From positions 4,657-68,656 of the forward strand of contig VGEY01000003.1 in assembly GCA_016869075.1 (NCBI GenBank): a stretch of 64,000 nucleotides of DNA, written 5' to 3'. The translations under genes were made by a program, and so were the position numbers. Shown here in pieces: positions 37,702 to 47,889 of the stretch (position 1 is its first letter; each line of letters begins with the position of its first letter). The stretch is from Alphaproteobacteria bacterium (lineage in GTDB: Bacteria; Pseudomonadota; Alphaproteobacteria; Paracaedibacterales; VGCI01). The notes beneath the pieces were generated by a model. It did no database searches. It had not been told where the DNA came from and saw only the letters and a program-made list of their open reading frames with translations.

Positions 37702-38495
37702 GAAATCCCCATCTGATGCGCTTGAAGTAATATTTGACTCAAATATTCATCCATGCCTTTTACAAGCTTGTACCACAATATAGTCGAAGCAAAGAGGTAG
37801 GCACCGATTATGCCCGCAAAAGTCAAAAGCCACATTCTAATTTCTGGTAATCCCTTACCTAGCGTGGAATCTAAAACATGTTCGTAGCAATCTTGTATCA
37901 AGTGCTCTCGTCCAGGCTCATAAAGATCTGAAGGGCGTCGATTAACGACAATGTAAAGTTGCTTTTTGTAGTATTCCAACTTTGTTTGATCTTCATCTTT
38001 GTCCCGAAATTTACCCATAAATCCGAGGCCTAAAATGTAAAGATAAACCATTGCAAGATCAGAGCGCATCGGGTCATTGTGAGCAATGAGATCATCAATT
38101 TTATCAAATATAAGCTCTCCGGCAATTTGTGTTTGAAAAAAGCGACTCTCGAGTAAATTATCTTCCCATTCCTTTTGCCCTATCCATGAAATATTTAGAA
38201 AAATTTCATCAGCTAAAGCAATCATCGCGTACAATGCATCTTGATATGAGCTGGTGGCAAACTCTCCGACTTGTATGGTTGACTCAACAGCTTGCTCTTC
38301 AAAAAGCACGCTCAAGCGTCTTTGAATTGTATTAACAATGTTTGCTACTTTGTCATTACCTGCTTGTTTTTCAAGCTTTAAAGGATCTTTTTCATTAGCC
38401 CTTAATGCAAATTCTTTTTGGCGCAAGAGCAAATTAAAAAACTCACGAAAATTATGAACTAGAAAAGAATGAGAAGGAACTTTAAAATGACTCAT
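37698..38495 (-). CDS. tssL: Type VI secretion protein TssL/DotU
   Basis: ALYAMIALADEIFL, W...LLE..FF.TQIAGE..F, YL..LGLGF.GKFR, C-terminal TM helix; no OmpA-like domain. Confidence 0.93.
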   Translation of the reverse strand: MSHFKVPSHSFLVHNFREFFNLLLRQKEFALRANEKDPLKLEKQAGNDKVANIVNTIQRRLSVLFEEQAVESTIQVGEFATSSYQDALYAMIALADEIFLNISWIGQKEWEDNLLESRFFQTQIAGELIFDKIDDLIAHNDPMRSDLAMVYLYILGLGFMGKFRDKDEDQTKLEYYKKQLYIVVNRRPSDLYEPGREHLIQDCYEHVLDSTLGKGLPEIRMWLLTFAGIIGAYLFASTILWYKLVKGMDEYLSQILLQAHQMGIS

Positions 38496-38497
38496 AC

Positions 38498-39856
38498 TTA
38501 ACCTTCTTGTTCTGTTGGTTCATTCGTAAATGGGTAGGGGCCCTTTGCATATAAGACAATCCCAGCTGGACGCTTTTCAGGTTGGTCAGCTGCATGGAAA
38601 ATTGTTAGATTTTCTCCTGTTTTGATAAAATGAGGATCAAGTTGAACACGATAAAGTTGGATACCGCCACCCGGCATTAACTCAGCAAATTCATTCCCCT
38701 CTATAATTTCCCTAACAGCTCCAGTTACGCGCAACATGCGGGCGGACTCTAAGTGGCTTTCTGAAGCAATAACACATTCGCGAACCCAATCGAGCATTTC
38801 ACTAGGACTCATCGTGGTAGGAATGCGAACGCCTATCAGAAGTGTGCGTTCTTCCCAGTTAGCTGGTAGCTTGTAATAGAAAACACGATCATTCTGCTGA
38901 AAGGGAATGATGGTATATGCTCTTTCTATGCTCTTGATTACTTGGTCTAACCATAACAATAAAGGATTGATGGATTTCAAAATTTCATTGTGATTATAAG
39001 GTGGGAAAGAAGGTATTGTTTGGTTTAGACGTAGAGTGGCAAGGCGTCCGGCAATGGTGCACAAATTAAGATATAAGTCGTAAGGATGTGTTTTTCCTGT
39101 CCCCACTATTGCTTCAAAAAGAGGTAAAGATTCAGCCAGTGGTTTTAAAAACTCGGTTGTTTGCTTGATTAAGTCAGTTCCCACTTGATTTTGCAGTTTT
39201 TCTATCAAATAGGCAGATTTTTCACGCATTTGTAATGCCAAGGTCGCGCAACGGTTTCCGAGAGAGGAGTTTTGGTGAACAATAAAACAGGGAGGAAGAT
39301 AAGGGGTTAAATTATAAGATTCATCCTGAAAAATAATGCGTGCAATAGGAAGAGATTCAAATCGAGCAGGGGGTACTGCGCTAGCAATTAAGCTAACTCT
39401 GGGTATTAATCTTGGGATGCGTATTACATTGTCAGAAGTATTTTCATCAATAATCTCCTTACCATCCATAGATACATACCTAGGCCATTCACCTGTAACA
39501 GGTGAATTCACGAGTGAGCGCTCTGGCACTGCCAGATAAAGGGTGAGTTCACCTTTTGCAAGGTCGTCCTTAAGAGGGGACAAGTCTAATTCCAAAGGAA
39601 CGTCAGTTTCGCTTGTTCGATAAACGATAAGACCATCAGGCATAACAGCATCTATTTCAAGGAGCCGCATCAATCCTGTGCTGATGACCACCGGGTCAAA
39701 TTTTATGTGATGAATTCCCCAGTGAAAAGGTGACAAACGATGCAAGTGGTAGTTTAATACTTGCTGATTGCGCAATTCCATTTGTTGAAAATGTTGTGGG
39801 GATAAAAGCATACCTTCATGCCACTGAATCTCTGGTATTACAGGTATTCTCGCCAT
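38498..39856 (-). CDS. tssK: Type VI secretion baseplate subunit TssK
   Basis: IQWHEGMLLSPQHFQQ, FHWGI, MPDGL, YLPPC, HPYDLY, PYNH; AAGGAG before ATG 39856 (track start 39871). Confidence 0.93.
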   Translation of the reverse strand: MARIPVIPEIQWHEGMLLSPQHFQQMELRNQQVLNYHLHRLSPFHWGIHHIKFDPVVISTGLMRLLEIDAVMPDGLIVYRTSETDVPLELDLSPLKDDLAKGELTLYLAVPERSLVNSPVTGEWPRYVSMDGKEIIDENTSDNVIRIPRLIPRVSLIASAVPPARFESLPIARIIFQDESYNLTPYLPPCFIVHQNSSLGNRCATLALQMREKSAYLIEKLQNQVGTDLIKQTTEFLKPLAESLPLFEAIVGTGKTHPYDLYLNLCTIAGRLATLRLNQTIPSFPPYNHNEILKSINPLLLWLDQVIKSIERAYTIIPFQQNDRVFYYKLPANWEERTLLIGVRIPTTMSPSEMLDWVRECVIASESHLESARMLRVTGAVREIIEGNEFAELMPGGGIQLYRVQLDPHFIKTGENLTIFHAADQPEKRPAGIVLYAKGPYPFTNEPTEQEG

Positions 39857-40104
39857 CCAGTTCTCCTTCACCTATTCTCTATATCAAGGACAAATGATAA
39901 AATTTAATAAAAATCCTTTCTTTCTAGTATGAGCAGATTATGCGCCTGAGACAAGGGTGTAATATCCCTAAAATTGAATTTTATAGCAGATTTTTTTTGA
40001 TAAATATAAAAACCCTTGGAAGTGGTTTTAAGTAAATATAGATTTGTAAATGGCACATCAATTATTATAAGAATAAGATAAAAAAGATTCTTATAAATTA
40101 CGAT

Positions 40105-40740
40105 TTAATCTTCATTATCTAATATATGTCTTAAGGATACGCGCTTATCAAGGCGCTCTATGGCTTCTTTTGTGAGGTCTAAGCCATCTTTATAATAGAG
40201 AATAATGGACTGGTCCATTTGATTTCCCTCGCCAATTGATTTATTTAAAATAATTTGTAAGCCATGGATTTTTCCTAATTCATCCATAATTTCAGTTAAG
40301 GCAGCTTTTATTTTTGATAATCCTTTTGAATATTCTTTATCGAGCTCCTCTCGTCGGGACCGAACCATTTTTTCTAATAAAGCATATTTTTTATCAAGCT
40401 CTGTCTTTTGTTTAATAATTTCTAAGGTCTGTTCTTTGGCCTCTTCTGCTCGGTTTCTAAATTGTTCATATTCGGTCCGCAAAGTTGTTTCACGATCTAA
40501 GACTTCTTTATAAATTTTTGCATTTCGACTATCAAGTGTTTCTCTAAATTTCTGAAACACACGAGAATCATTCTTGATCTTGTTAATATCCACAACCCCA
40601 ATGGATAAAGGGATTGGGAGTTCTTTGGGTGGCGAATTAAAGATAAATGAGGGCACATAAAAGCGACTTGCACTCCATACTAGAACGGATGCGCATCCAA
40701 TAAATAAAAGGGCAAAGAGAATAATTTTACGACGTTCCAT
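40105..40740 (-). CDS. skp: OmpH/Skp family periplasmic chaperone
   Basis: IGVVDINKI...S, long charged coiled coil, LDLTKEAIERLD; directly after bamA. Confidence 0.85.
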   Translation of the reverse strand: MERRKIILFALLFIGCASVLVWSASRFYVPSFIFNSPPKELPIPLSIGVVDINKIKNDSRVFQKFRETLDSRNAKIYKEVLDRETTLRTEYEQFRNRAEEAKEQTLEIIKQKTELDKKYALLEKMVRSRREELDKEYSKGLSKIKAALTEIMDELGKIHGLQIILNKSIGEGNQMDQSIILYYKDGLDLTKEAIERLDKRVSLRHILDNED

Positions 40741-40766
40741 TCATCCTCCTTGCCATATTTTTGAGC

Positions 40767-43040
40767 TTACCAGCGGGAACTAAATCCAAATAGGAAGCGT
40801 TGTGTTTGATCGTATTTCTGCTTTTTTACAGGAATTGAATAATCCACTTTTAAAGGTCCAAAGGGTGATGACCAGGATAATCCTACACCGACAGAGACAC
40901 GAATCGATCTCTTATCAATGACTTGAGGACCTGTTTGCCCAGGTTTCCATGTAGTACCAAAGTCTGAGAAGAGTGCCCCTTTTACACCAAACTCATTGGG
41001 TAGCCCAATAGGGAAGAGTGTTTCGACGGTTCCAGTCCAAAAGCGTGTACCACCAAGTGGGTCCCCTGTTATGCTATCACGGGGTCCAATACCGCCATAT
41101 TCAAAACCGCGAAAAGTATCTGCGCCTAACATAATGCTGTCTACGATGCGAATATATCTCTTCCCAGCCTTATCAATATTACCTACAACAGCTCGAAGAT
41201 TTAAAACGACATCTTCAACTGGGGAATAAAACATAGAGCCAGCAATTGAGTTTTTCAAGTAATTAACTTTTCCACCCAGGCCTGCATATTGGTTGCTCAA
41301 ACTCAACACATATCCGGACGTTGGGTCTATACGACTATCGCGACGATCGTATGCAAGTGTTTGACCAATTGCAGATGTTACAAATTTACCGGCTTGTTGT
41401 TGAATAAAAATGGAGGAACCTGGTGCAATATGGGATATATGATCGTCTTTTAACGTATAGGTTATTGTCTGACCAAGATATTCCGTAATTGCATAAGCAA
41501 TGTGTGGACTTACACCGTTTGTTGCGGAAATAAATTGTGAAAGACGCGTTGAACGTATGCGGAAAATATCTAAACCAGATTCTAAGTTATAACCCAAGAA
41601 GTAAGGATCTGTAATACCAACATCGAATTCTTGCATACGACGTGCAATTGTGACGTTGGCATGAACAATACGGCCTGTTCCCATAAAGTTACGTTCTGCA
41701 AACTTAACATTTCCTAAAATACCATCAAGAGTTGAAAAACCTGCTGCTACACCCATTTCTCCGGTGGGTTGTTCTTCTAATTTAACCACAATACGTGCTT
41801 TATCTGGTACGTTTCCTTGTTCTGTAAGAATTTCAACCTTCTTGAAATAACCCAGATCTTTGAGTTTCTTTTCTGCTTGTTTGATTTTTGTTGCGTTATA
41901 AGCGTCTCCTTCGAGCATGCTGAGCTCTCGCCGAACAACCTCATCTCGCGTGCGGTCATTTCCGACAACATCAATACGTTCAATATAAACGCGAGGACCC
42001 TCTTTAACTTCAAATATTATGTCGACGGTCTTTTTATCTCGATGCTTTTCAATACGGGGTTGAATGTCTGCAAAAGCATATCCATATGTGCCAACGTGGT
42101 TATTTAAGGTTGTTACGTTTTTCTCAATCCGTTTGCGAGAAAATTGATCTCCTGTGCTAATATCAATGAGGGACTTAAGATCTTCTGCGTTGACCTGTTT
42201 CAAATGGGATACAATGTCAACTTTTCCAAAAGTATATCTTTCACCTTCTTCAATTGTAAAAGTAAGATAAAAATCTTTATGGTCGGGGCTCAACTCAGCA
42301 ACGGCTGAAATCAGACGAAAATCCGGAAATCCCATATCCAAATAATATTGCTGCAAGTTTTGTTGGTCGGCTGTAAAACGGTCGGGATCAAAAGTGTCAT
42401 CACTGGCCCATAGGCGATACCAGCGTTGACGTTTCGTGTAGAGTTGGTCTTCTAAACGGGAAGAGGTAAAGTGCTTATTGCCAATAAAATTAATCTTACG
42501 GACGTAAGTCACTTCTCCTTCATTAATTTCAAAAACCAAATCAACACGATTTTCTTCTAGGCGAATAACTTTGGGTTCAACCGTGGCATCAAAACGTCCC
42601 ATACGCCGATATATTTCAAGAATACGTTGCTGTGCTGCCTGAATTTTTGTTCGAGAGAGCACTTCTCTTGGGCGCAACTGAATTTCTTCAGTGAGTTTAT
42701 CATCTTTAAGTTTCGAATTTCCTTCGAATGAAATGCGGTTAATAAGACTATTCTCAATAACTTCAACAATAAGTGTGTTACCTGAGCGATGAATGTGTAC
42801 GTCTGCAAAATATCCGGTGGCAAAAAGATCTTTTAATGCTTGGTTCAGTCGAAGGTCATCATAAGAATCTCCTACTTTTAAAGATAGGTTTGAAATAATG
42901 GTTTCTGTTTCGATACGCTTATTGCCGGTTACTTGAATGGCTTGAATTGTTTCTGCAAAGTTTGGACTTGCTAGGAGCGTACAGATAAGTAAGCCAGCGA
43001 AAAGAAGTTTTGAATATTTAAGAACAGAAGCCATTATCAT
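40767..43040 (-). CDS. bamA: Outer membrane protein assembly factor BamA
   Basis: POTRA repeats (GNKRIETETI, LFATGYF, GNDRTRDEVVRRE), ERNFMGTG, FRGFEYGGIGPR, SPFGPL, aromatic C-terminus. Confidence 0.97.
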   Translation of the reverse strand: MIMASVLKYSKLLFAGLLICTLLASPNFAETIQAIQVTGNKRIETETIISNLSLKVGDSYDDLRLNQALKDLFATGYFADVHIHRSGNTLIVEVIENSLINRISFEGNSKLKDDKLTEEIQLRPREVLSRTKIQAAQQRILEIYRRMGRFDATVEPKVIRLEENRVDLVFEINEGEVTYVRKINFIGNKHFTSSRLEDQLYTKRQRWYRLWASDDTFDPDRFTADQQNLQQYYLDMGFPDFRLISAVAELSPDHKDFYLTFTIEEGERYTFGKVDIVSHLKQVNAEDLKSLIDISTGDQFSRKRIEKNVTTLNNHVGTYGYAFADIQPRIEKHRDKKTVDIIFEVKEGPRVYIERIDVVGNDRTRDEVVRRELSMLEGDAYNATKIKQAEKKLKDLGYFKKVEILTEQGNVPDKARIVVKLEEQPTGEMGVAAGFSTLDGILGNVKFAERNFMGTGRIVHANVTIARRMQEFDVGITDPYFLGYNLESGLDIFRIRSTRLSQFISATNGVSPHIAYAITEYLGQTITYTLKDDHISHIAPGSSIFIQQQAGKFVTSAIGQTLAYDRRDSRIDPTSGYVLSLSNQYAGLGGKVNYLKNSIAGSMFYSPVEDVVLNLRAVVGNIDKAGKRYIRIVDSIMLGADTFRGFEYGGIGPRDSITGDPLGGTRFWTGTVETLFPIGLPNEFGVKGALFSDFGTTWKPGQTGPQVIDKRSIRVSVGVGLSWSSPFGPLKVDYSIPVKKQKYDQTQRFLFGFSSRW

Positions 43041-43050
43041 TATCCTTTTA

Positions 43051-44154
43051 TTATTTTAAAATAAGACGCACAATATCATTCCATGTTGATATAAGCATGA
43101 TGCTTACTACTATGGCTAATCCAATCATAAAAGCATATTCTTGAATTTTTTCTGGAACAGGTTTGCCTCGAATTCCTTCAATGGCATAGAAAAATATATG
43201 GCCTCCGTCTAATACAGGAATAGGGAGGAGATTAATAAGACCCAGATTAATGGACAAAATAGCCATAAAAGCAAATAGAGCAGCAAGACCGCCTTTGGCA
43301 CTTTTTCCTGCCATATCACCAATAGATAGGATGCCCCCCAACTCATCGGAGGAGCGTTTACCTACGATAATTTGCCCAATCCCAACTAAAGTATCTGCGC
43401 TTATAATCCATGTTCTCTTAATAGCGTGCGTTATTGCTTCGTAAGGATTCACCTTATGGTATTCAGGCAGGCTCGGAATAATTCCCAATACACCTACAGG
43501 GCGTTCATTTCCCATATTATCAGTTTCAACCATTTTAATAGTGAGGGATTTCACTTCATTGCCGCGCATAAAACGAACATTAATTTCCTTCCCTTTATTG
43601 TCAATAATCAAATTTCTCATATCGTTGAAGGTATCAACACCAACGCCGTTGAGGCTAAGGATTTTATCACCTTCTATAAGCCCAGATTTTTCTGCCAATT
43701 TCCCTGGAGTCAGGCCACCAACGGTTGTTGTAATAATGGGTTCTCCCTTCATAAGGAAGAGGACGCTGAAGACAACAATAGCAAACAAAAAGTTAGCAAT
43801 CGGCCCAGCTGCACTTACGGCCATACGTTGACTGACTTTCTTACTATGAAGTGTTTGGGCTTTCTCTTTTGCGGTCATTTTCTTCATCGACTTCGCATCA
43901 GGCCGGCTGCTGGCATCGGCATCTCCCAACATGCGAACATAGCCACCTAGTGGAATGACGCTGAACTTCCAGCGTGTTCCAGCTCTGTCATTCCAACCAA
44001 AGAGTTCGGGACCAAACCCAATAGAAAAAACTTCGATTTTAACCTTGTTATAACGTGCAACAAGGTAATGCCCAAGTTCATGGACAAATACAAGTGCAGT
44101 AAGAACAAGGAGAAAAGGGAGGAGGTGTTCACCAAAATTTATCATTGAAGCCAT
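43051..44154 (-). CDS. rseP: RIP metalloprotease RseP
   Basis: HELGH, FSIGFGP, PLGGYV, AGPIANF, PDZ, NLLPIPVLDGGH. Confidence 0.97.
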   Translation of the reverse strand: MASMINFGEHLLPFLLVLTALVFVHELGHYLVARYNKVKIEVFSIGFGPELFGWNDRAGTRWKFSVIPLGGYVRMLGDADASSRPDAKSMKKMTAKEKAQTLHSKKVSQRMAVSAAGPIANFLFAIVVFSVLFLMKGEPIITTTVGGLTPGKLAEKSGLIEGDKILSLNGVGVDTFNDMRNLIIDNKGKEINVRFMRGNEVKSLTIKMVETDNMGNERPVGVLGIIPSLPEYHKVNPYEAITHAIKRTWIISADTLVGIGQIIVGKRSSDELGGILSIGDMAGKSAKGGLAALFAFMAILSINLGLINLLPIPVLDGGHIFFYAIEGIRGKPVPEKIQEYAFMIGLAIVVSIMLISTWNDIVRLILK

Positions 44155-44230
44155 AAAAAACCCTCTCTATAAAAAATCAGTTACCTGCAACCTTAGCCGA
44201 TTATTAAAGATATGAAAATGCGCAAAAACA

Positions 44231-45394
44231 CTAAATTGCATTTTTTTTGTGAATAACTTTTTCGGCAATGAGTCGGGCTTGTTGGTCAGACAAGAGTACC
44301 TCTTCAATAGAGGAAGGGGATGAAGTCTCTATTTGATCAAGAACCTGAGAGACTATAGGAACAATATCTAGATAAGCCGCTTTCCCACTGATAAACGCTT
44401 GAACGGCAATTTCATTGGCAGCATTCATTATAGTTGGACGATCTGCCCCTTTTTTGAGCACCTCCCGGGCAAGAGAAATGGCTGGGAATAATTCTTCATC
44501 AGGCGACTCAAAGGTTAATTGCTTTAAGGCGCTGAGATCAAGGCGGGGCAAATCGGTTTTTATGCGAGTTGGCCAGCCCAGCGTATATGCAATTGGAACA
44601 CGCATGTCATGAATACCAAGTTGTGCCAAAACAGACCCATCTTCATAGGCGACAAGCGAATGAATGATAGATTGTGGATGAATAAGAATATCTATTTTAC
44701 TTTCAGGAAAGCCAAAAATATAAGATGCTTCAATCATTTCCAAACCTTTGTTCATTAAATTTGAGCTGTCAATGGTGACCTTTGGGCCCATTGACCAATT
44801 TGGATGTTTTAAGGCTTGATCAATAGTAACTGATGCCATTTGTTTCCGTGTGAAGGTTCTGAATGGTCCACCTGAAGCTGTTAGGATGATTTTTTCCACG
44901 TGTGGACGATGGGGTTCATGCAAAACTTGAAATATAGCATTATGTTCCGAATCCACTGGGAGAAGTGTTGCTTTGTATTTCTTGAGAGCTGAGAGGATGA
45001 CGGGTCCAGCAGAAATCATGGATTCTTTATTGGCAAGAGCAATGATTGCACCGCGTTCAATAGCAGCATATGTTGATCTAAGTCCTGCAGTTCCCACAAT
45101 AGCTGACATTACCCACTCTGCAGGACGTTGTGCAGCTTCAATGACAGCAGATTTTCCAGCAGCGGGTATAATGTCGGTTCCTGCCAAAGCATCTTTGAGT
45201 TCTTCATAAAGAGACTCCTCTTCAACAACAGCCATTTTTGCTTGTAAGGTTTTGGCTTGTTTTGCGAGGGCCTCTATATTTTTTTGCGCTACAAGAGCTT
45301 CTACTTTAAAACGGTCAGGATTTTTTATGAGAAGATCTACTGTACTACGACCAATAGAACCTGTACTTCCGAGAATGGTAACTGAACGCATCAT
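44231..45394 (-). CDS. dxr: 1-deoxy-D-xylulose-5-phosphate reductoisomerase
   Basis: LGSTGSIG, LANKES, PVDSEH, LTASGGPFR, HPNWSMG.KVTIDS, NKGLE.IEA. Confidence 0.98.
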   Translation of the reverse strand: MMRSVTILGSTGSIGRSTVDLLIKNPDRFKVEALVAQKNIEALAKQAKTLQAKMAVVEEESLYEELKDALAGTDIIPAAGKSAVIEAAQRPAEWVMSAIVGTAGLRSTYAAIERGAIIALANKESMISAGPVILSALKKYKATLLPVDSEHNAIFQVLHEPHRPHVEKIILTASGGPFRTFTRKQMASVTIDQALKHPNWSMGPKVTIDSSNLMNKGLEMIEASYIFGFPESKIDILIHPQSIIHSLVAYEDGSVLAQLGIHDMRVPIAYTLGWPTRIKTDLPRLDLSALKQLTFESPDEELFPAISLAREVLKKGADRPTIMNAANEIAVQAFISGKAAYLDIVPIVSQVLDQIETSSPSSIEEVLLSDQQARLIAEKVIHKKNAI

Positions 45395-45406
45395 TATATT
45401 TTCTTA

Positions 45407-46225
45407 TTAAAATATGTTTGCAAATTTGAGAACCCCTAAGAAGAGGGCAACAAGTAATAAACTGTCAATACGATCCAAAAGACCCCCATGTCCTGGAATT
45501 ATGTGCCCTGAATCTTTAATTTTAAAAATGCGCTTTGCGAGAGACTCAAGAATATCTCCAATATGTGCAACAAACGTTATCAAGAGACTGAGGCAAAACA
45601 AATGCACTTGGTTTTCGAGAGGTACTTGGCAATAGGGAGCAAGGGTCATGCCCACTGCAGAGCCAAACATAGAGCCCCCTATGAACCCTGACCAGGTTTT
45701 ATTGGGGCTAATGCGTGGGATTAATTTTGGTCCTCCGAGAAGACTTCCCACGACATACGCTCCAGTGTCTGTTGCCCAAACCATCATTAAACTCCAGAGC
45801 AGTATAAGCGGGACAGTTTTTGAGAAAAATAAGATCATGGTCATTCCTAGACCTATGTAGATGGGGCCAGATAGAAGAATGAGAGAAGGAACGAGGCGTG
45901 CTCCTACTTGGTAATGATAGAAAGCCGTAAAAAGAAGACCAATTACGACAAAGGAAATGGCAGAAAGATACGCTCCTGGCGCGAAAATAAACCACGCCAA
46001 CAAACCCCAAACAACCGCACTTATTGGGTGCAAAAGAGGAAGACCAGACATTTTAGACCATTCCCATAAAAGGATGCCTAAGAGAAGTGCTGCAAAAATG
46101 TCTACATAGGGACTTCCTAATATAATCATTCCAATTGCAAGAGGGCCCCCAATGGCAGCTGATAGAGTTCTTTTCCCAAAGTTGCTTTCGATGAGATTAT
46201 TTCTTTGTGGCGATAGTTGTACCAT
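45407..46225 (-). CDS. cdsA: Phosphatidate cytidylyltransferase
   Basis: WATDTGAY, ISPNKTWSG, GDILES..KR...IKDSG.IIPGHGGLLDRIDS; ATG 46225 preferred over track start 46312. Confidence 0.93.
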   Translation of the reverse strand: MVQLSPQRNNLIESNFGKRTLSAAIGGPLAIGMIILGSPYVDIFAALLLGILLWEWSKMSGLPLLHPISAVVWGLLAWFIFAPGAYLSAISFVVIGLLFTAFYHYQVGARLVPSLILLSGPIYIGLGMTMILFFSKTVPLILLWSLMMVWATDTGAYVVGSLLGGPKLIPRISPNKTWSGFIGGSMFGSAVGMTLAPYCQVPLENQVHLFCLSLLITFVAHIGDILESLAKRIFKIKDSGHIIPGHGGLLDRIDSLLLVALFLGVLKFANIF

Positions 46226-46964
46226 AACGACGCTCTCTTTTTTGGTAGACTTCAAGGGCTTGATCAAAATCTTCCGGTGAAAAATCAGGCCATAAAGTTT
46301 GGGAGAAAACAAATTCAGTATAAGCCATTTGCCATAAAAGAAAATTGCTTATACGTTCTTCCCCACTTGTTCGGATAAGTAAGTCAGGATCAGGAATGCC
46401 GGCTGTGTATAGGTTATTGCTAAATGTATCTATGCTAATATCTTCAACTTCTAAGGTGTTGGCTTTAATTTGGTCTGCAATCTTTTTTGTTGCAAAAAGA
46501 ATTTCATCGCGTCCTCCATAACTGAGGGCTACAATGAGAGTTAAGCGATCATTGTTCGCGGTTTCTGATTCACTTTTTTCTATGAGGGAAACAATATCTG
46601 CAGGAAGCTTGGTGCGGTCTCCAATTACTTTTAAACATACCCCATTATCAGCTAAGTCCTGGAATTGGTTTTTAAGATTATAACGCAATAATCCCATAAG
46701 ATCATCAATCCACCCTTGAGGTCGCAGCCAATTCTCTGCAGAAAACGCGTAAAGAGTAAGGTATTTTACGCCACGCAATGCTGCATGATGAACTATTTTA
46801 CGGGTGACTTCTGCACCCATACGATGACCTGAAATTGTAGACACGTTATTTTGATCAGCCCATCGCCCATTACCATCCATAATGATAGCAACGTGAAGTG
46901 GTAGCCTCTTAAAAGAGGGCTCTACCGGCAAACTAACTGGCTGTGAGCTTGGCATATATGACAA
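46197..46964 (-). CDS. uppS: Undecaprenyl diphosphate synthase
   Basis: HVAIIMDGNGRWA, YAFSAENW, YGGRDEI, DPDLLIRTSGEERISNFLLWQ, RRYG. Confidence 0.97.
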   Translation of the reverse strand: MSYMPSSQPVSLPVEPSFKRLPLHVAIIMDGNGRWADQNNVSTISGHRMGAEVTRKIVHHAALRGVKYLTLYAFSAENWLRPQGWIDDLMGLLRYNLKNQFQDLADNGVCLKVIGDRTKLPADIVSLIEKSESETANNDRLTLIVALSYGGRDEILFATKKIADQIKANTLEVEDISIDTFSNNLYTAGIPDPDLLIRTSGEERISNFLLWQMAYTEFVFSQTLWPDFSPEDFDQALEVYQKRERRYGTTIATKK

Positions 46965-47119
46965 ACCTAAGTTTAAAAAATAACTGCTACCTATAAAACA
47001 TAATTATAGGACGCGCGTCAATGAAGATGAGGTGGTTTTCTTGAAAGAAAGTGTATGCTAGATAAGTATTATCCATCCCTTGTATGTGGCGGATGACATA
47101 GGATAAAAAGAGGTTTATT

Positions 47120-47887
47120 TTGAGATATTTTAATAAATTTAAGTTTTCAAGGGTATACTATCTCATTTTCCTCTTCGGCGGTGTCTTAAGCATTGTTCTT
47201 TTTTATCATACGTCTTTTGTAAGTCATTTATTTTTCCCCATTTATTCTTCACCCCAAGAATACGTTAAAAAGCAGCTTCTTGTTTCTGCTGTATTTGCGC
47301 AAAGTGTATGGGATCAGAATTTTTTGAATCAACATCCCATTATCAAAGAGCGAATTCTCAGTTTTGAAAAAGGAGATTTGTGTAAAGATCTCAAAGACCT
47401 GGACACGGAAAATTTGTCTCATATTGATTTACAAGCTCAATTAAAAAAAAGGGGTTTCTCATGCGTCTTAAGGCCATTAGTGGCTAACCCGTTTGATGCT
47501 CAGCCAAGTTATTTGAAAATAGATCAAACAATTACATTTAATCCAAATGAAGAAGGCATTGCCTATCAAGAGATATGCAATAAACTGCAAGAACCAATTT
47601 GTGTTATTCGTTTTAAGAGAGATGGCTTTCCTTTGCACAGAAGATTACAGCCACATTCAACGAAAGCTGTGTTGTTAGACGGGACCAAGGATGGAGTAAT
47701 CTATGCTAATGAGGCTTTTAAAATTACTGCCCATGGTCGAGCTGTACCAAAAGGCCCCCATCGAAAGCATGGTTTAAAGAAATGTCCATATTATCAAAGG
47801 ATACATTGCCATCAATGGGTTGATGAAGTCATGACGCATGCACACCCCACACTTAAAGATCCAGTGCCGACCGTTTCAAAGCAATAA
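47120..47887 (+). CDS. Hypothetical protein, N-terminal membrane anchor, Cys/His-containing
   Basis: 255-aa ORF with TTG start and AGAGG upstream; fills the gap between uppS and coq7. Confidence 0.7.
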   Translation: MRYFNKFKFSRVYYLIFLFGGVLSIVLFYHTSFVSHLFFPIYSSPQEYVKKQLLVSAVFAQSVWDQNFLNQHPIIKERILSFEKGDLCKDLKDLDTENLSHIDLQAQLKKRGFSCVLRPLVANPFDAQPSYLKIDQTITFNPNEEGIAYQEICNKLQEPICVIRFKRDGFPLHRRLQPHSTKAVLLDGTKDGVIYANEAFKITAHGRAVPKGPHRKHGLKKCPYYQRIHCHQWVDEVMTHAHPTLKDPVPTVSKQ

Positions 47888-47889
47888 TT

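Noticed and set aside
46197-46312. Long cdsA/uppS overlap implied by the track start 46312
   Set aside because: A downstream ATG at 46225 gives a normal-length CdsA with a short overlap.
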